A stretch of DNA of 64,000 bases from Campylobacterales bacterium (GCA_027023305.1 JALVVR010000048.1:150907-214906), one strand, 5' to 3'; shown: positions 48,575 through 60,256, counted from the stretch's first letter. Numbers and translations: made by a program. Notes: generated from the letters alone by a model not told the origin.

Positions 48575-50266
48575 CTAAAATTCTGTTTTCAGTACACCAC
48601 CTTGACTAGCATTTGTTACAAGTAGTCTGTATTGTTTTAACCAGCTACCTTTTAACTCTTTTTGTTTTGGTTCAAACACATCTCTCCTCTTTTGTATCTC
48701 TTCATCACTAAGCTCAACACTTAAAGAGTAGTTATCTATATCTATGTTGATAATATCTCCATCTTTAAGTAGGCCTATCACTCCACCCTCAGCAGCTTCA
48801 GGCGAAACATGACCTATACTAGCTCCATGAGTTGCACCACTAAATCTACCATCAGTTAGTAAAGCAACTTTATCTCCAAGTCCCATACCCATGATAAGGC
48901 TTGTAGGAGCTAACATCTCTTGCATACCTGGACCTCCTTTTGGTCCTTCATATCTTATAACAACCACATCTCCAGCTTTAACTTTTCCACCAACAATTCC
49001 TCTCAAAGCTTCATCTTGTGAGTCAAAACAAACAGCTTTCCCACTAAACTTTCTCATGCTAGGAATCACACCTGCACTTTTGATAACAGCACCCTCACGA
49101 GCCAAGTTTCCATAAAGGATAGCAAGTCCTCCAACTTCTGAGTAAGGATTGTCTATGGTATGGATTATATTTGTATCTTTTATCTCACAACTTTCTATTC
49201 TCTCACCTATACTCTCTCCCTCAATGGTCAAGTTATCAGTAGCTAAAATATTTCCTCTTTTGTTAAGCTCTTTCATAACAGCACTAACTCCACCAGCTTT
49301 GTTTATATCTTCCATATGAACTGTACTTAGAGATGGAGATATTTTTGCTATGTGAGAAACTTTTTTACTCATCTCATTGATGTTTTCAAGATTAAAATTA
49401 ACTCCAGCTTCTTTTGCAATAGCTAACATATGAAGTACGGTATTTGAGCTTCCACCCATCGCCATATCCACGGCAAAGGCATTGTGAACTGCTTTATCAT
49501 TTAGGATATTTCTTATTTTAAACTTCTCTGTGAGTTCTTCACTTTTTGCTATTTCGCAAACTCTTCTAGCAGCTTTTCTTAAAAGCTCTTCTCTCTCAGG
49601 AGTCAAAGCCAAAATAGTTCCATTTCCTTTAAGTGCTATACCCATAGCTTCCATCAAAGTATTCATACTATTTGCTGTAAACATACCAGAACAACTTCCT
49701 CCACTAGGACATGCTGCACACTCTATTTGAGTTAGTTTTTCCTCATCTATCTCTCCACTCTCAAACTGTCCAACAGCTTCAAAAGCAGTAGCTAAATCTA
49801 TACTAGTTCCATCTTTTAAAGCTCCAGCTTTCATAGGTCCACCACTTACAAAAACAGTAGGAACATTTACTCTTAAAGCCCCCATTATCATACCTGGAGT
49901 TATCTTGTCGCAGTTTGGTATAGCTATCATGGCATCTAATTTATGAGCATTCATGACTGTTTCTATTGAGTTTGCGATAATCTCACGACTTGGCAAACTA
50001 TAAAGCATACCATCATGTCCCATCGCTATACCATCATCTACACCTATAGTGTTAAACTCAAACGGAACACAATCATTTTTTCTAATCTCATCTTTGATAA
50101 TCTCACTATATTTGTTTAAGAAAAAGTGCCCTGGAATAATCTCAATAAAAGAGTTTGCAACTCCGATAAATGGTTTGTCAAAATCTTCATCTTTAAGTCC
50201 AGTTGCTCTAAGCAAGCTTCTATGTGGTGCTCTTTGATAGCCTTTTTTTACTATATCACTTCTCAT
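48575..50266 (-). CDS. ilvD: Dihydroxy-acid dehydratase
   Basis: [39 protein letters not shown] and TDGRFSG. Confidence 0.98.
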   Translation of the reverse strand: MRSDIVKKGYQRAPHRSLLRATGLKDEDFDKPFIGVANSFIEIIPGHFFLNKYSEIIKDEIRKNDCVPFEFNTIGVDDGIAMGHDGMLYSLPSREIIANSIETVMNAHKLDAMIAIPNCDKITPGMIMGALRVNVPTVFVSGGPMKAGALKDGTSIDLATAFEAVGQFESGEIDEEKLTQIECAACPSGGSCSGMFTANSMNTLMEAMGIALKGNGTILALTPEREELLRKAARRVCEIAKSEELTEKFKIRNILNDKAVHNAFAVDMAMGGSSNTVLHMLAIAKEAGVNFNLENINEMSKKVSHIAKISPSLSTVHMEDINKAGGVSAVMKELNKRGNILATDNLTIEGESIGERIESCEIKDTNIIHTIDNPYSEVGGLAILYGNLAREGAVIKSAGVIPSMRKFSGKAVCFDSQDEALRGIVGGKVKAGDVVVIRYEGPKGGPGMQEMLAPTSLIMGMGLGDKVALLTDGRFSGATHGASIGHVSPEAAEGGVIGLLKDGDIINIDIDNYSLSVELSDEEIQKRRDVFEPKQKELKGSWLKQYRLLVTNASQGGVLKTEF

Positions 50267-50339
50267 CAGTAAATCCTTAATAATAAATTTAGCCTACTAT
50301 AACAAAAAATTAAGTAAAGTTTTATTATAATCTCACCCA

Positions 50340-51140
50340 ATGAATATAAAAGCAAAGAAAAGATTTGGACAAAACTTCCTTAAAGATGAGTCCATAAAAC
50401 AAAAAATCATCCAAGCGATGCCCAATGATAGTCTAAAAATTATCGAGATTGGACCTGGCTTAGGTGATTTGACAAAAAAGTTGTTAGAAAAAGATAAAGA
50501 TATAACAGCTTTTGAAATTGACTTAGAGTTGTGTGATTATTTGCAAGACTCTTTAAAAAGTGAGATAAACAAAGGGCAACTTAGTTTAGTTTGTAAAGAT
50601 GTATTAGAGTGTTGGGATGATTCCTTACACAGTGAAGACTATCATCTTATAGCAAATCTACCATACTATGTTGCTACAAATATAATCTTAAAAGCACTTG
50701 GTGACAGCAAGTGTAGAAGCATGCTTGTCATGATACAAAAAGAGGTGGCTTTGAAGTTCTCTGCGAAAGTAGGGGATAAAGAGTTTTCATCTTTGGGTAT
50801 TTTGGCTAGTTTAGTTGGAGAAAGTGAGTTACTATTTGATGTAGGAGGAGAGTGTTTTGATCCTCCACCAAAAGTAACCTCTTCTATTTTGAGGATAGAA
50901 AAGACAAAAGATTATATTTGTAATGAACTTTTTAAAGATGAAAAAGAGTTTGAGAGTTTTAAAAAGTTTTTAAAAACTGCTTTTGTGGCTCCAAGAAAAA
51001 TCTTAGCAAAAAATCTACAAAGTAGGTATGATAAAAAAAAGATAAAAGAGTTTTTTGAGAAAAACAATTTATCTCCTACTTTAAGACCTCACCAACTTTC
51101 AGTTAAGGAATATCACCTATTATTTCAAATAATAGGATAA
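50340..51140 (+). CDS. rsmA: 16S rRNA dimethyladenosine transferase
   Basis: KKRFGQNFL, EIGPGLG, ANLPY and FDPPPKVTS. Confidence 0.97.
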   Translation: MNIKAKKRFGQNFLKDESIKQKIIQAMPNDSLKIIEIGPGLGDLTKKLLEKDKDITAFEIDLELCDYLQDSLKSEINKGQLSLVCKDVLECWDDSLHSEDYHLIANLPYYVATNIILKALGDSKCRSMLVMIQKEVALKFSAKVGDKEFSSLGILASLVGESELLFDVGGECFDPPPKVTSSILRIEKTKDYICNELFKDEKEFESFKKFLKTAFVAPRKILAKNLQSRYDKKKIKEFFEKNNLSPTLRPHQLSVKEYHLLFQIIG

Positions 51141-51143
51141 ACA

Positions 51144-53057
51144 ATGGCAGAAGAAAACAAACCAAAAGAGCAGGGAAGTAAACCTGCACAAAACAAGCAA
51201 GAAAATCAAAATAGCCAAGCAAAGAATGGCAATCAACCAAATCAAAACAGACCCAAAAAGAACAATAACAGAAGAAATAAATTTTCTGCAAAACTTGGAA
51301 ACCAACAGTGGGAACTTGATATAAAAGATGCTATAAATGCAAACAAACAAGTAAGACAAAGAGCCTTACAAAGTTACAACAAAATGAACCAAAACAATCC
51401 TCATAAGATAAAGATAACTCCACTTGGAGGTCTAGGTGAAATTGGTGGAAACTTCATGGTTATGGAGACAAATACAAGTGCTATCATTATAGATATTGGG
51501 ATGAGTTTCCCAAGTGAAGATATGCATGGAGTTGATATACTTATTCCTGATTTTTCATATATCAAAAAGGTAAAAGATAAAATAGAAGGTATAGTGATAA
51601 CACATGCTCATGAAGACCATATTGGAGCAGTAGCATACTTTTTTAAACAGTTTAAGTTTCCTATATATGCAACTCCTTTACCTTTAGGAATGTTAGCAAA
51701 CAAATTTGATGAACACGGACTTAAAAAAGAAAAAAGTTACTTTAAACCTGTACAAAAAAGAAAGACTTATAAGATAGGAGATTTTGAAGTAGAGTGGATG
51801 CACATAACTCACTCTGTTATTGATGCTTCATCTCTAGCTATCACAACTGATGCTGGAACTATTATTCATACTGGAGATTTTAAGATAGACCATACTCCAA
51901 TAGACGGATATCCTACTGATTTGCATAGATTTGCTTACTATGGAGAAAAAGGGGTGCTTTGTCTTTTAAGTGATAGTACAAACTCTTATAAAGCTGGTAT
52001 TACAAAAAGTGAGAGTACTGTTGGACCTACATTTGATAACATTTTTTCAAAAGCAAAGGGCAGAGTTATCATGTCAACTTTCTCTTCAAATATACATAGA
52101 GTTTACCAAGCTATAGAGCATGGAATCAAATATAACAGAAAAGTATGTGTTATAGGTAGAAGTATGGAGAGAAATCTTGATATTGCTATGGAGTTAGGAT
52201 ATATAAATCTTGATAGAAGAATCTTTATAGACCCTCATGAAGTAAGTAGATATAACGACAAAGATGTACTTATCGTTACAACAGGAAGTCAAGGTGAAAC
52301 TATGAGTGCACTTTATCGTATGGCGATAGATGAACATAGACACATCAAGATAAAACCAAGTGACCAAATAATAATCTCAGCAAAAGCAATACCAGGAAAT
52401 GAAGCAAGTGTTTCAAGAGTACTAAATTTTTTGATAAAAGCTGGTGCAAAAGTTGCATATCAAGACTTTAGTGAGATTCATGTAAGTGGACATGCTGCAC
52501 AAGAGGAACAAAAACTTATGTTAAGACTTATAAAACCTAAGTTTTTCTTACCAGTTCATGGAGAGTATAACCATATCCATAAACACAAACAAACAGCAGT
52601 AGCTTGTGGAGTAAATCCTAAAAATATACTTCTTATGAGTGATGGCGACCAAGTAGAAGTATGTGCAAAATTCATCAAAAAAGTAGGCTCAGTAAAAACT
52701 GGTAAAACTTACATAGATAACCAAATCAACAGAAAGATAGAGAATGATGTCATAGAAGATAGACAAAATCTAGCAGAATCTGGAGTTATCATGATAGTAG
52801 CACAGATAGAAAAAGACAGTAAAAAACTCTTTTCAAACCCAGTTGTTAGAAGTTATGGTATAGTTCCTGATAAAGATGACAAAACTTTCTCTAAAGAGAT
52901 GGAAGACTTAATAGATCAGTTTTTGATAAACTGTAAACCTGAACTTTTTGACAATAAAAGAGAACTTGAAAAAGCTATGAGACAAATTATAAGAAAACAT
53001 GTTTTCAGAAAGCTAAAAAAATATCCAACTATAGTTCCAACTGTATTTTTGATGTAG
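51144..53057 (+). CDS. rnj: Ribonuclease J
   Basis: PLGGLGEIGGN, THAHEDHIG, HTGDFKID, HVSGH and PVHGE; Q/N/K-rich N-terminal extension. Confidence 0.97.
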   Translation: MAEENKPKEQGSKPAQNKQENQNSQAKNGNQPNQNRPKKNNNRRNKFSAKLGNQQWELDIKDAINANKQVRQRALQSYNKMNQNNPHKIKITPLGGLGEIGGNFMVMETNTSAIIIDIGMSFPSEDMHGVDILIPDFSYIKKVKDKIEGIVITHAHEDHIGAVAYFFKQFKFPIYATPLPLGMLANKFDEHGLKKEKSYFKPVQKRKTYKIGDFEVEWMHITHSVIDASSLAITTDAGTIIHTGDFKIDHTPIDGYPTDLHRFAYYGEKGVLCLLSDSTNSYKAGITKSESTVGPTFDNIFSKAKGRVIMSTFSSNIHRVYQAIEHGIKYNRKVCVIGRSMERNLDIAMELGYINLDRRIFIDPHEVSRYNDKDVLIVTTGSQGETMSALYRMAIDEHRHIKIKPSDQIIISAKAIPGNEASVSRVLNFLIKAGAKVAYQDFSEIHVSGHAAQEEQKLMLRLIKPKFFLPVHGEYNHIHKHKQTAVACGVNPKNILLMSDGDQVEVCAKFIKKVGSVKTGKTYIDNQINRKIENDVIEDRQNLAESGVIMIVAQIEKDSKKLFSNPVVRSYGIVPDKDDKTFSKEMEDLIDQFLINCKPELFDNKRELEKAMRQIIRKHVFRKLKKYPTIVPTVFLM

Positions 53058-53064
53058 GTTAGAG

Positions 53065-54024
53065 ATGAATTTTAAAGCTATACTCAAAGAGGTTTTACAA
53101 ACAGAAGCAGATGAGTTAATCTCTGCTTCAAACAACTTTGATGGAGATATAGACAAAATAGTAGAAATCATCTACAACACAAAAGGAAAACTCATAGTTA
53201 CAGGAGTTGGTAAAAGTGGACTTGTAGGGAGTAAAATAGCTGCTACACTAGCTAGTACTGGTACAAGTAGTTTCTTCTTACATCCAACGGAAGCTATGCA
53301 CGGTGATCTTGGTATGATAAGCAAAGGAGACTCTGTTTTAGCTATAAGTTTTTCAGGAGAGAGTGAAGAGCTTGTCAAGATAATCCCTCATATAAAAAGA
53401 TTTGACATACCACTTATCGGTATGGCTAGAAGTAAAGAGAGTACTCTAGGTAAAAACTCTGATAAATTTTTAAGTATAGATGTAAAAAAAGAGGCTTGTC
53501 CTTTAGGAGTAGCTCCTACAAGTTCTACAACTTTAACTATGGCTTTAGGTGATGCCTTGGCCGTTTGTTTGATGAAAAAAAGAGGATTTAAAAAAGAAGA
53601 TTTTGCCTCTTTTCATCCAGGTGGAAGCTTAGGAAAACAACTTTTTGTAAAATTAAGTGATATCATGCAAACTTCAAATCTCCCAATAGTTGACAAATCA
53701 ACAACCCTAAAAGATGCTATATCTATCATGAGTGAGGGAAGACTTGGAAATGTTTTAATATCAAATGAAAACAAACTAGTAGGTGTTTTAAGTGATGGAG
53801 ACCTAAGAAGAGGTATGATGAGAGATGACTTTTCTCTTGATGCAAATATCTTAGAGTATGCAACTTTGTCTCCAAAATGTATAGATGATGAAACTTTACT
53901 AGCAAGTGATGCTTTAAAGATTATAGAACAAAACAAAGTACAACTCTTAGTAATAACAGATAAACAAAAAAATATAAAAGGTGTGGTTCATATCCATACT
54001 TTAGTAGAAATGGGGATAAAATGA
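53065..54024 (+). CDS. kdsD: Arabinose-5-phosphate isomerase (KpsF/GutQ family, SIS + CBS domains)
   Basis: GVGKSG, HPTEAMHGDLG, APTSST, FHPGGSLG and DGDLRR. Confidence 0.93.
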   Translation: MNFKAILKEVLQTEADELISASNNFDGDIDKIVEIIYNTKGKLIVTGVGKSGLVGSKIAATLASTGTSSFFLHPTEAMHGDLGMISKGDSVLAISFSGESEELVKIIPHIKRFDIPLIGMARSKESTLGKNSDKFLSIDVKKEACPLGVAPTSSTTLTMALGDALAVCLMKKRGFKKEDFASFHPGGSLGKQLFVKLSDIMQTSNLPIVDKSTTLKDAISIMSEGRLGNVLISNENKLVGVLSDGDLRRGMMRDDFSLDANILEYATLSPKCIDDETLLASDALKIIEQNKVQLLVITDKQKNIKGVVHIHTLVEMGIK

Positions 54025-54800
54025 GCCAAGAAGAAGATGGAATAAGACTAAACAAGTTCCTTTCACACAACACAAGACACAGCAGAAGAGAAGCAGATGA
54101 ACTTATCAAAAATGGAAATGTCAAGATAAAAGGAAAAGTAATAACCGACCTTGCTACAAAGGTAAAAAGAGGTGATAAAGTTTTTCTAAGAGGAAGTTTT
54201 GTACATAGAAAAAATGAATTTACAGTTCTAGTTTACAACAAACAAAAGGGTGAACTTGTAACTAAAAAAGATGATAGAGGAAGAAAGACTATCTTTGATA
54301 ACTTATCAAAAAGATATCACCACTACTTACCAGTAGGAAGACTTGACTTTGCTAGTGAAGGACTTATACTTTTAACAGACTCACCAAGTGTTGCATCAGC
54401 TTTGATGGAGAGTTCTTTAGAGAGAGTTTATTACCTAAAGATAAAAGGAAAACTCACAGCAGGTATGGAAGAAGGTATGAAAAATGGACTTTATGCCGAA
54501 GATGCAACAGCTGGAGCTCATGAAAAAAGTGAGATAAAATCTATGGAATTTGCTCCTTTTTTATGGTACAAAGTCCAAAAAGAAGATAAAGGCTTTACAA
54601 AACTAAAAGTAGCCATAAGAGAGGGTAAAAACAGAGAACTAAGAAGATTTTTTGCCTACTATGGAAGTGAAGTGATGGATCTTAAAAGAGTAGAGTTTGG
54701 AGGGATAAGCCTTGATATTGCTCCTGGTAAAAAAAGATTTTTAACAAAAACAGAGTATCACTCTTTGCATACTTTTTTACAAGGGTTAGATAAAAAGTGA
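54021..54800 (+). CDS. rRNA pseudouridine synthase (RsuA/RluB family)
   Basis: S4 domain RLNKFL...SRREAD; VGRLDFASEGL; EGKNRELRR. Confidence 0.93.
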   Translation: MSQEEDGIRLNKFLSHNTRHSRREADELIKNGNVKIKGKVITDLATKVKRGDKVFLRGSFVHRKNEFTVLVYNKQKGELVTKKDDRGRKTIFDNLSKRYHHYLPVGRLDFASEGLILLTDSPSVASALMESSLERVYYLKIKGKLTAGMEEGMKNGLYAEDATAGAHEKSEIKSMEFAPFLWYKVQKEDKGFTKLKVAIREGKNRELRRFFAYYGSEVMDLKRVEFGGISLDIAPGKKRFLTKTEYHSLHTFLQGLDKK

Positions 54801-55981
54801 TTCAAAACCTAGCCCAAACTCTCAGACCTAAAAAACTTGATGATGTCATAGGGCAAACTCATATATTAGCAGAAGACAAGCCACTTTATAAACTGATAAA
54901 AAAAGGCTCACTTCCTCACTCATTTTTTTATGGTCCAGCAGGATGTGGAAAAACTACAGTAGCTAAGATAATAGCAAATGAGCTTGGAAGTGATTTTTAC
55001 TTTTTAGATGCTACTAGTATCAAAGTAGAAGAGATAAGAAAGATACTTAAAACTCATAAAAACTCACTCATAAAACCAACTATCTTTATCGACGAAGTGC
55101 ATAGACTCTCAAAAACTCAACAAGAAGTACTCCTACTTCCTATGGAGAGCAATGAAGCTCTAATCCTTGGAGCAAGTACAGAAAATCCTTACTTTACACT
55201 AACCTCAGGGATAAGAAGTCGAAGTATGCTTTTTGAGTTTAAAGCTATCAAAAAAGAGGAGTTTGAAAAACTTTTTGTGAGGGTAGAAAAAGAGTTTAGC
55301 ATAGAGATAAACAAAGAAGCAAGAGAGTATCTAGTAGATAGTAGTGCAGGAGATGTAAGAGCTCTTCTAAATCTTTTAGAGTTTGGTTTAAAAGCTGATG
55401 AGAGTTTAGATATAAAAACTTTAAAAGAGCTTAGACCACAGGCTTTAAAAGATGGAGTTAGCTCCTCTGATACTCACTACAACTTAGCCTCTGCACTTAT
55501 AAAAAGTCTTAGAGGAAGTGATATAGATGCTTCACTTTACTATCTAGCAAGACTTATAGATGGTGGAGAGAGTGCTGATTTTATAGCTAGAAGATTAGTT
55601 ATATTTTCAAGTGAAGATATAGGAAATGCCAACCCTCATGCTCTAAACTTAGCAACTTCAACCCTGACTGCAGTAAAAAATATAGGCTATCCAGAAGCTA
55701 GGATAATCTTAGCTCAATGTACAGTTTACTTAGCTTCATCTCCAAAATCAAACTCATCTTACAAAGCTATAAATCAAGCACTAGATTATGTAAAAAACAA
55801 TCCACCTTTAACAGTTCCAAATCACTTAAAAAGCCCACCATCTTCTGAGTACCTATATCCTCATGACTTTGGTGGATATGTGGGACAAAAGTATTTAGAA
55901 AAAGATTTGAGTTTTTATGAAAGTTTTGGTGTAGGATTTGAAAAAACTCTTAGTGAGTGGATTGAGAAGATAAAGAAGTAG
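54797..55981 (+). CDS. rarA: Replication-associated recombination protein A
   Basis: GPAGCGKT, DEVHR, STENPYF, KSLRGSD, EDIGNA and PKSNS. Confidence 0.95.
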   Translation: MIQNLAQTLRPKKLDDVIGQTHILAEDKPLYKLIKKGSLPHSFFYGPAGCGKTTVAKIIANELGSDFYFLDATSIKVEEIRKILKTHKNSLIKPTIFIDEVHRLSKTQQEVLLLPMESNEALILGASTENPYFTLTSGIRSRSMLFEFKAIKKEEFEKLFVRVEKEFSIEINKEAREYLVDSSAGDVRALLNLLEFGLKADESLDIKTLKELRPQALKDGVSSSDTHYNLASALIKSLRGSDIDASLYYLARLIDGGESADFIARRLVIFSSEDIGNANPHALNLATSTLTAVKNIGYPEARIILAQCTVYLASSPKSNSSYKAINQALDYVKNNPPLTVPNHLKSPPSSEYLYPHDFGGYVGQKYLEKDLSFYESFGVGFEKTLSEWIEKIKK

Positions 55982-55989
55982 AAAAAACT

Positions 55990-56487
55990 CTACTTCATGT
56001 TGATAAAAGAGATAGCAACCTCCAAATCCATCTCACGAACTAGTTTCATAACAGCTTGAAGTTCATCTATGGATTTGCTTTTTATTCTTATCTCATCACC
56101 TTGGATTTGGGCATTTACTTTTAGTTTTTTGCTTTTTATCTCTTTTACTATCTTTTTTGAATCCTCTTTTGTTAGTACATCTCTGATAGTAAGAACAAGT
56201 TTAGTGTTTCCACCACCTACTTGCTCTCTTGAGTGTTCATTTACTGCTTTTGAACTGATACCTCTTTTTATAATCTTTGCGACAACTATGTCCATCATAG
56301 CTTCTGCTTTGTTATCAGTTGTAGTAGTTAGAGTTATAGTTTTTGCTTGTTCATTGTAGTCTATATCAGCCTTTAAACCTTTAAAGTCATACCTACTAGC
56401 TACCTCTTTTTTTGCTTGCTCAATTGCATTTTTCATCTCTTGTTTATCAATCTCAGCAGTTATATCTAAACTATGCTCTTTTGCCAT
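55990..56487 (-). CDS. yajQ: YajQ-family nucleotide/c-di-GMP-binding protein
   Basis: RYDFKG, AQIQGDEIR and DELQAVM. Confidence 0.93.
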   Translation of the reverse strand: MAKEHSLDITAEIDKQEMKNAIEQAKKEVASRYDFKGLKADIDYNEQAKTITLTTTTDNKAEAMMDIVVAKIIKRGISSKAVNEHSREQVGGGNTKLVLTIRDVLTKEDSKKIVKEIKSKKLKVNAQIQGDEIRIKSKSIDELQAVMKLVREMDLEVAISFINMK

Positions 56488-56491
56488 CTTT

Positions 56492-57817
56492 TTATCCTAG
56501 ATAGTTTGTATCGTAGTTGTTTTCTATAAAGTCAGGGTTTTCCATCATCTTAGAGTGAAAATCAATAACAGTTTTTATACCCTCTACTTCAAACTCTCTT
56601 AAAGCTTCTTTCATCTTTTCTATTGCTCTATCTCTATCTTCTGCCCAAACTATAAGCTTTCCTATCATGGAGTCATAGTACTGAGGAACTGTATAACCAC
56701 AGTATGCATGAGAGTCAACTCTTACATTTCTTCCACCAGGGATTATCCATTGTGTTATCTTCCCAGGACTTGGAAGAAATTTTACTGGGTCTTCAGCAGT
56801 TATCCTGCACTCGATAGAATGCCCACTAAAGTTTATACTCTCTTGTGAAAAAAGTTCTTCTCCCTCAGCAACTTTTATCATCCACTCTATGATATCAACT
56901 CCACTTACCATCTCACTTACTGGATGTTCAACTTGAAGTCTTGTGTTCATCTCCATAAAGTAAAAATCCCCATGCTTATCTACTAAAAACTCGAAAGTTC
57001 CTGCATTTTCATATCCGATATATTTTGTAGCATTTACTGCTGCTTCATGTATAGCTTTTCTTTTCTCAGGAGTCAAAACCATAGCTGGAGACTCTTCTAT
57101 AAGTTTTTGATGTCTTCTTTGAAGTGAACAGTCTCTTTCACCTAGATGAATTACATTTCCATGAGCATCTGCTAATACTTGAACTTCTACATGACGAGGA
57201 TTTTCGATAAACTTTTCCATATACATCGTACCATCACCAAAAGCTGTTAGGGCTTCATTTGATGCTGAAAGAAAAGCATTTTCTACTTCTGCTTCACAGT
57301 CTATCTTTCTCATACCTCTTCCACCACCACCAGCAGAAGCTTTTACTATAACAGGGTAACCCATCTCATTTGCTAGTTTTATAGCTTCCTCTGGAGTATC
57401 TATAGCTCCATCACTTCCTGGAACTACTGGAACTTTAGCTTTTTTCATAACCTCTTTTGCTTTTGATTTATCACTCATAAGTTGCATAACTTCAACAGAT
57501 GGTCCTATAAACTTGATATTGTGATGTTTACATATCTCAACAAAATCTTGATTTTCACTCAAAAATCCATATCCTGGAAATATAGCATCACACTCAGTCA
57601 TCTCAGCTGCACTTATGATAGCTGGGATATTTAAGTAACTTGTATCACTTCTATCTTTTCCGATACAAACAGTCATATCTGCATACTTTAGATAAAGAGC
57701 ATCTTTGTCAGCTTGAGAATAAACAGCAACAGCTTCTTTTCCCATCTCTTTTATAGTTCTTATCGCTCTTAGGGCTATCTCACCTCTGTTTGCGATAAGG
57801 ATTCTTTTTATTGACAT
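56492..57817 (-). CDS. accC: Acetyl-CoA carboxylase biotin carboxylase subunit
   Basis: ANRGEIA, PGYGFLSEN, GGGGRG and EMNTRLQVEH; adjacent to accB. Confidence 0.96.
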   Translation of the reverse strand: MSIKRILIANRGEIALRAIRTIKEMGKEAVAVYSQADKDALYLKYADMTVCIGKDRSDTSYLNIPAIISAAEMTECDAIFPGYGFLSENQDFVEICKHHNIKFIGPSVEVMQLMSDKSKAKEVMKKAKVPVVPGSDGAIDTPEEAIKLANEMGYPVIVKASAGGGGRGMRKIDCEAEVENAFLSASNEALTAFGDGTMYMEKFIENPRHVEVQVLADAHGNVIHLGERDCSLQRRHQKLIEESPAMVLTPEKRKAIHEAAVNATKYIGYENAGTFEFLVDKHGDFYFMEMNTRLQVEHPVSEMVSGVDIIEWMIKVAEGEELFSQESINFSGHSIECRITAEDPVKFLPSPGKITQWIIPGGRNVRVDSHAYCGYTVPQYYDSMIGKLIVWAEDRDRAIEKMKEALREFEVEGIKTVIDFHSKMMENPDFIENNYDTNYLG

Positions 57818-58275
57818 TATTTTTTCTCCACTAAAAACAGAGGTGTATCAAACTCAACAGGTTGTCCATCTTCAACCAAAATCTCTAAAATAGTACAATC
57901 AAACTCAGACTCTATCTCATTCATGATTTTCATAGCTTCTACGATACCTACAGCTTGTCCTTTGTTTATACTATCTCCAACTTTTGCAAAGTCAGGTGCT
58001 CCTGGGCTTGGTGCTTTATAAAATGTCCCAACCATAGGAGAGTTTATAGTAAGTCCTGAAGGTACTGGTGTTGGTGCACTCTCACTTGCTTGTTCAACAA
58101 CTGGTGCTGCTACAGAAACTGGTACTGGAGCTTGTGCCACTACTGGAGCAGATGCAACAACTGTTGCCTCTTTTGAAAGCGATATACTGAAATCCTTCTT
58201 CTCTATCTTTAACTTTGCAACATCGCTTTCATCAAATATTTGTATTATCTCTTTTATATCTTTTTGATTCATCAT
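57817..58275 (-). CDS. accB: Biotin carboxyl carrier protein
   Basis: Ala/Pro-rich linker; SPMVGTFY; EAMKIMNEI. Confidence 0.97.
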   Translation of the reverse strand: MMNQKDIKEIIQIFDESDVAKLKIEKKDFSISLSKEATVVASAPVVAQAPVPVSVAAPVVEQASESAPTPVPSGLTINSPMVGTFYKAPSPGAPDFAKVGDSINKGQAVGIVEAMKIMNEIESEFDCTILEILVEDGQPVEFDTPLFLVEKK

Positions 58276-58339
58276 CTCTCCTAAATTTTTTTAGTATATT
58301 TTTAGTATATTAGCCTAATTTATATAAAAAGGGATTTAT

Positions 58340-58900
58340 ATGGGACTAAAAGCTGATAAATGGATAAGAGAAATGTCACTAGAACACAAGATGATAGAGC
58401 CATTTTGTGAAGAGCAAGTTGGTAGTGGTGTTGTGAGCTATGGAGTTAGTAGCTATGGATATGATATAAGAGTTGGTAGAGAGTTTAAAATCTTTACAAA
58501 TGTAAACTCAACAGTAGTTGATCCAAAAAACTTTGATGAAGCAAATGTTATAGATATCCAAACTGATGTAGCGATAGTTCCACCAAACTCTTTTGCCTTA
58601 GCTAGAACTGTTGAGTACTTTAAAATGCCAAAAAATGTTTTAGCGATTTGTTTAGGAAAAAGTACCTATGCAAGATGTGGAATTATTGTAAATGTTACTC
58701 CATTTGAACCTGGGTTTGAAGGGCATATCACTATCGAGATAAGCAACACAACTCCTCTTCCTGCAAAAATCTATGCAAACGAGGGGATAGCTCAAGTTCT
58801 TTTCTTAGAAGGCGATGAGCCTTGTGAAGTAAACTATGCCGATAAAAAAGGTAAATACCAAAATCAAACAGGTATAACCCTGCCAAGAATTTTAAAGTAA
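58340..58900 (+). CDS. dcd: dCTP deaminase
   Basis: [19 protein letters not shown] and [10 protein letters not shown]. Confidence 0.97.
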   Translation: MGLKADKWIREMSLEHKMIEPFCEEQVGSGVVSYGVSSYGYDIRVGREFKIFTNVNSTVVDPKNFDEANVIDIQTDVAIVPPNSFALARTVEYFKMPKNVLAICLGKSTYARCGIIVNVTPFEPGFEGHITIEISNTTPLPAKIYANEGIAQVLFLEGDEPCEVNYADKKGKYQNQTGITLPRILK

Positions 58901-58904
58901 TCTC

Positions 58905-60233
58905 ATGACAAGAAATCAACTCTTAGAAGTAGCAAACTTTTTAAAGCAACACAAAAAGATAAACACTATCTATAGAGTTGAAGATACTATTTTAAAAGTA
59001 GAGTTTGGAAAAAATGAAGCTATCTTTTTTGACTTAAAAAAAGGAGATAGTTATGCCTTTTTGAAGAGTAGTTATAAAGTTTTAAAGCGATACTCTGCAC
59101 CATTTGACATAGTTTTGAAAAAACGATTTTCAAATGCCCTTATAGAAAAGATAGAAGTTGAAGATGGAAATAGGATTTTAAAGTTTCATACCAAAAAAAG
59201 CTCAGGCTACAAAGAGCATAAAACTATCCTACAACTAGAGTTTACTGGAAGAAATACAAATGCCATAATCACAGATGAAAACAAAATTATCCTAGAAGCC
59301 CTTCGACATATAGATAGCTTCACTTCAACTAGGGAGGTAAAAGTAGGAGCTACTCTAAAAGATATACCACCAAGAGAGTTTAAATCAAAAGATGAAACGA
59401 TAGAGGATTGTGAGCAGTTTTTAAAAGATGAGTATCTAAAAAGAGAGGAGATAAAACTAAAGGTTATAAAGACTCAAAAAGCCTCACAAGTAACCAAAAA
59501 GATAAAAAAGTTTCAATCCCTTTTAAAATCTATCCCCTCACCCCAAGAGATAGAACAAAAGATGCAAAAAGCTTACAGTGATGCAGATATAGTCATGGCA
59601 AATCTTCAAAATATCAAATCTTACGAAAAAGAGTTCACTCTTGTAAACTTTGAGGGGAAAGAGGTTTTGATAACTCTTCCAAAAGAGGCAAAAAGTGCAA
59701 CTCATGCAAGTGAGCTTTTATACAAAATGGCTAAAAAACTAAAACAAAAACTAAAAAACTCCCACATAGAAAGAGAAAACCTAATCTCTAAAATAGAGTT
59801 TTATGAATCCTTAAAAGAGATGATAGAAAATGCAAAAAGCTTAGATGAAATAAATCTATATATTCCAAAAGCGAAAAAAAATGAAAAGCGAAAAAAAATA
59901 GATTCTAATATAGAGATTTTTTTCTATCAAGACTACAAAATCCTAGTTGGAAAAAACCAAAAAGGCAACATAAAACTACTAAAAGAAGCAAATGCTAGTG
60001 ACTTTTGGCTTCATGTAAAAGATATACCCTCAAGTCATGTTATAATCAAAAATAGTAAAAAATCTCTAAATTTAGATATAATAGAGTTTGGAGCAAAACT
60101 TTGTGTAAACTTGACAAAGCTAAACAAGGGCAACTATTTGGTTGATTACACACAAAGGAGAAATGTAAAAGTAAGAGAAGGAGCTAATGTTAACTATGTT
60201 GATTATAAAACGATAGCTATAGTCAAAGAGTAA
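58905..60233 (+). CDS. NFACT/RqcH (FbpA-like) ribosome quality-control protein
   Basis: LEFTGRNTNAI; coiled-coil middle region; C-terminal VGKN and WLHVKDIPSSHV. Confidence 0.88.
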   Translation: MTRNQLLEVANFLKQHKKINTIYRVEDTILKVEFGKNEAIFFDLKKGDSYAFLKSSYKVLKRYSAPFDIVLKKRFSNALIEKIEVEDGNRILKFHTKKSSGYKEHKTILQLEFTGRNTNAIITDENKIILEALRHIDSFTSTREVKVGATLKDIPPREFKSKDETIEDCEQFLKDEYLKREEIKLKVIKTQKASQVTKKIKKFQSLLKSIPSPQEIEQKMQKAYSDADIVMANLQNIKSYEKEFTLVNFEGKEVLITLPKEAKSATHASELLYKMAKKLKQKLKNSHIERENLISKIEFYESLKEMIENAKSLDEINLYIPKAKKNEKRKKIDSNIEIFFYQDYKILVGKNQKGNIKLLKEANASDFWLHVKDIPSSHVIIKNSKKSLNLDIIEFGAKLCVNLTKLNKGNYLVDYTQRRNVKVREGANVNYVDYKTIAIVKE

Positions 60234-60256
60234 CAAAATATCCAAAGAGGTTTGTC

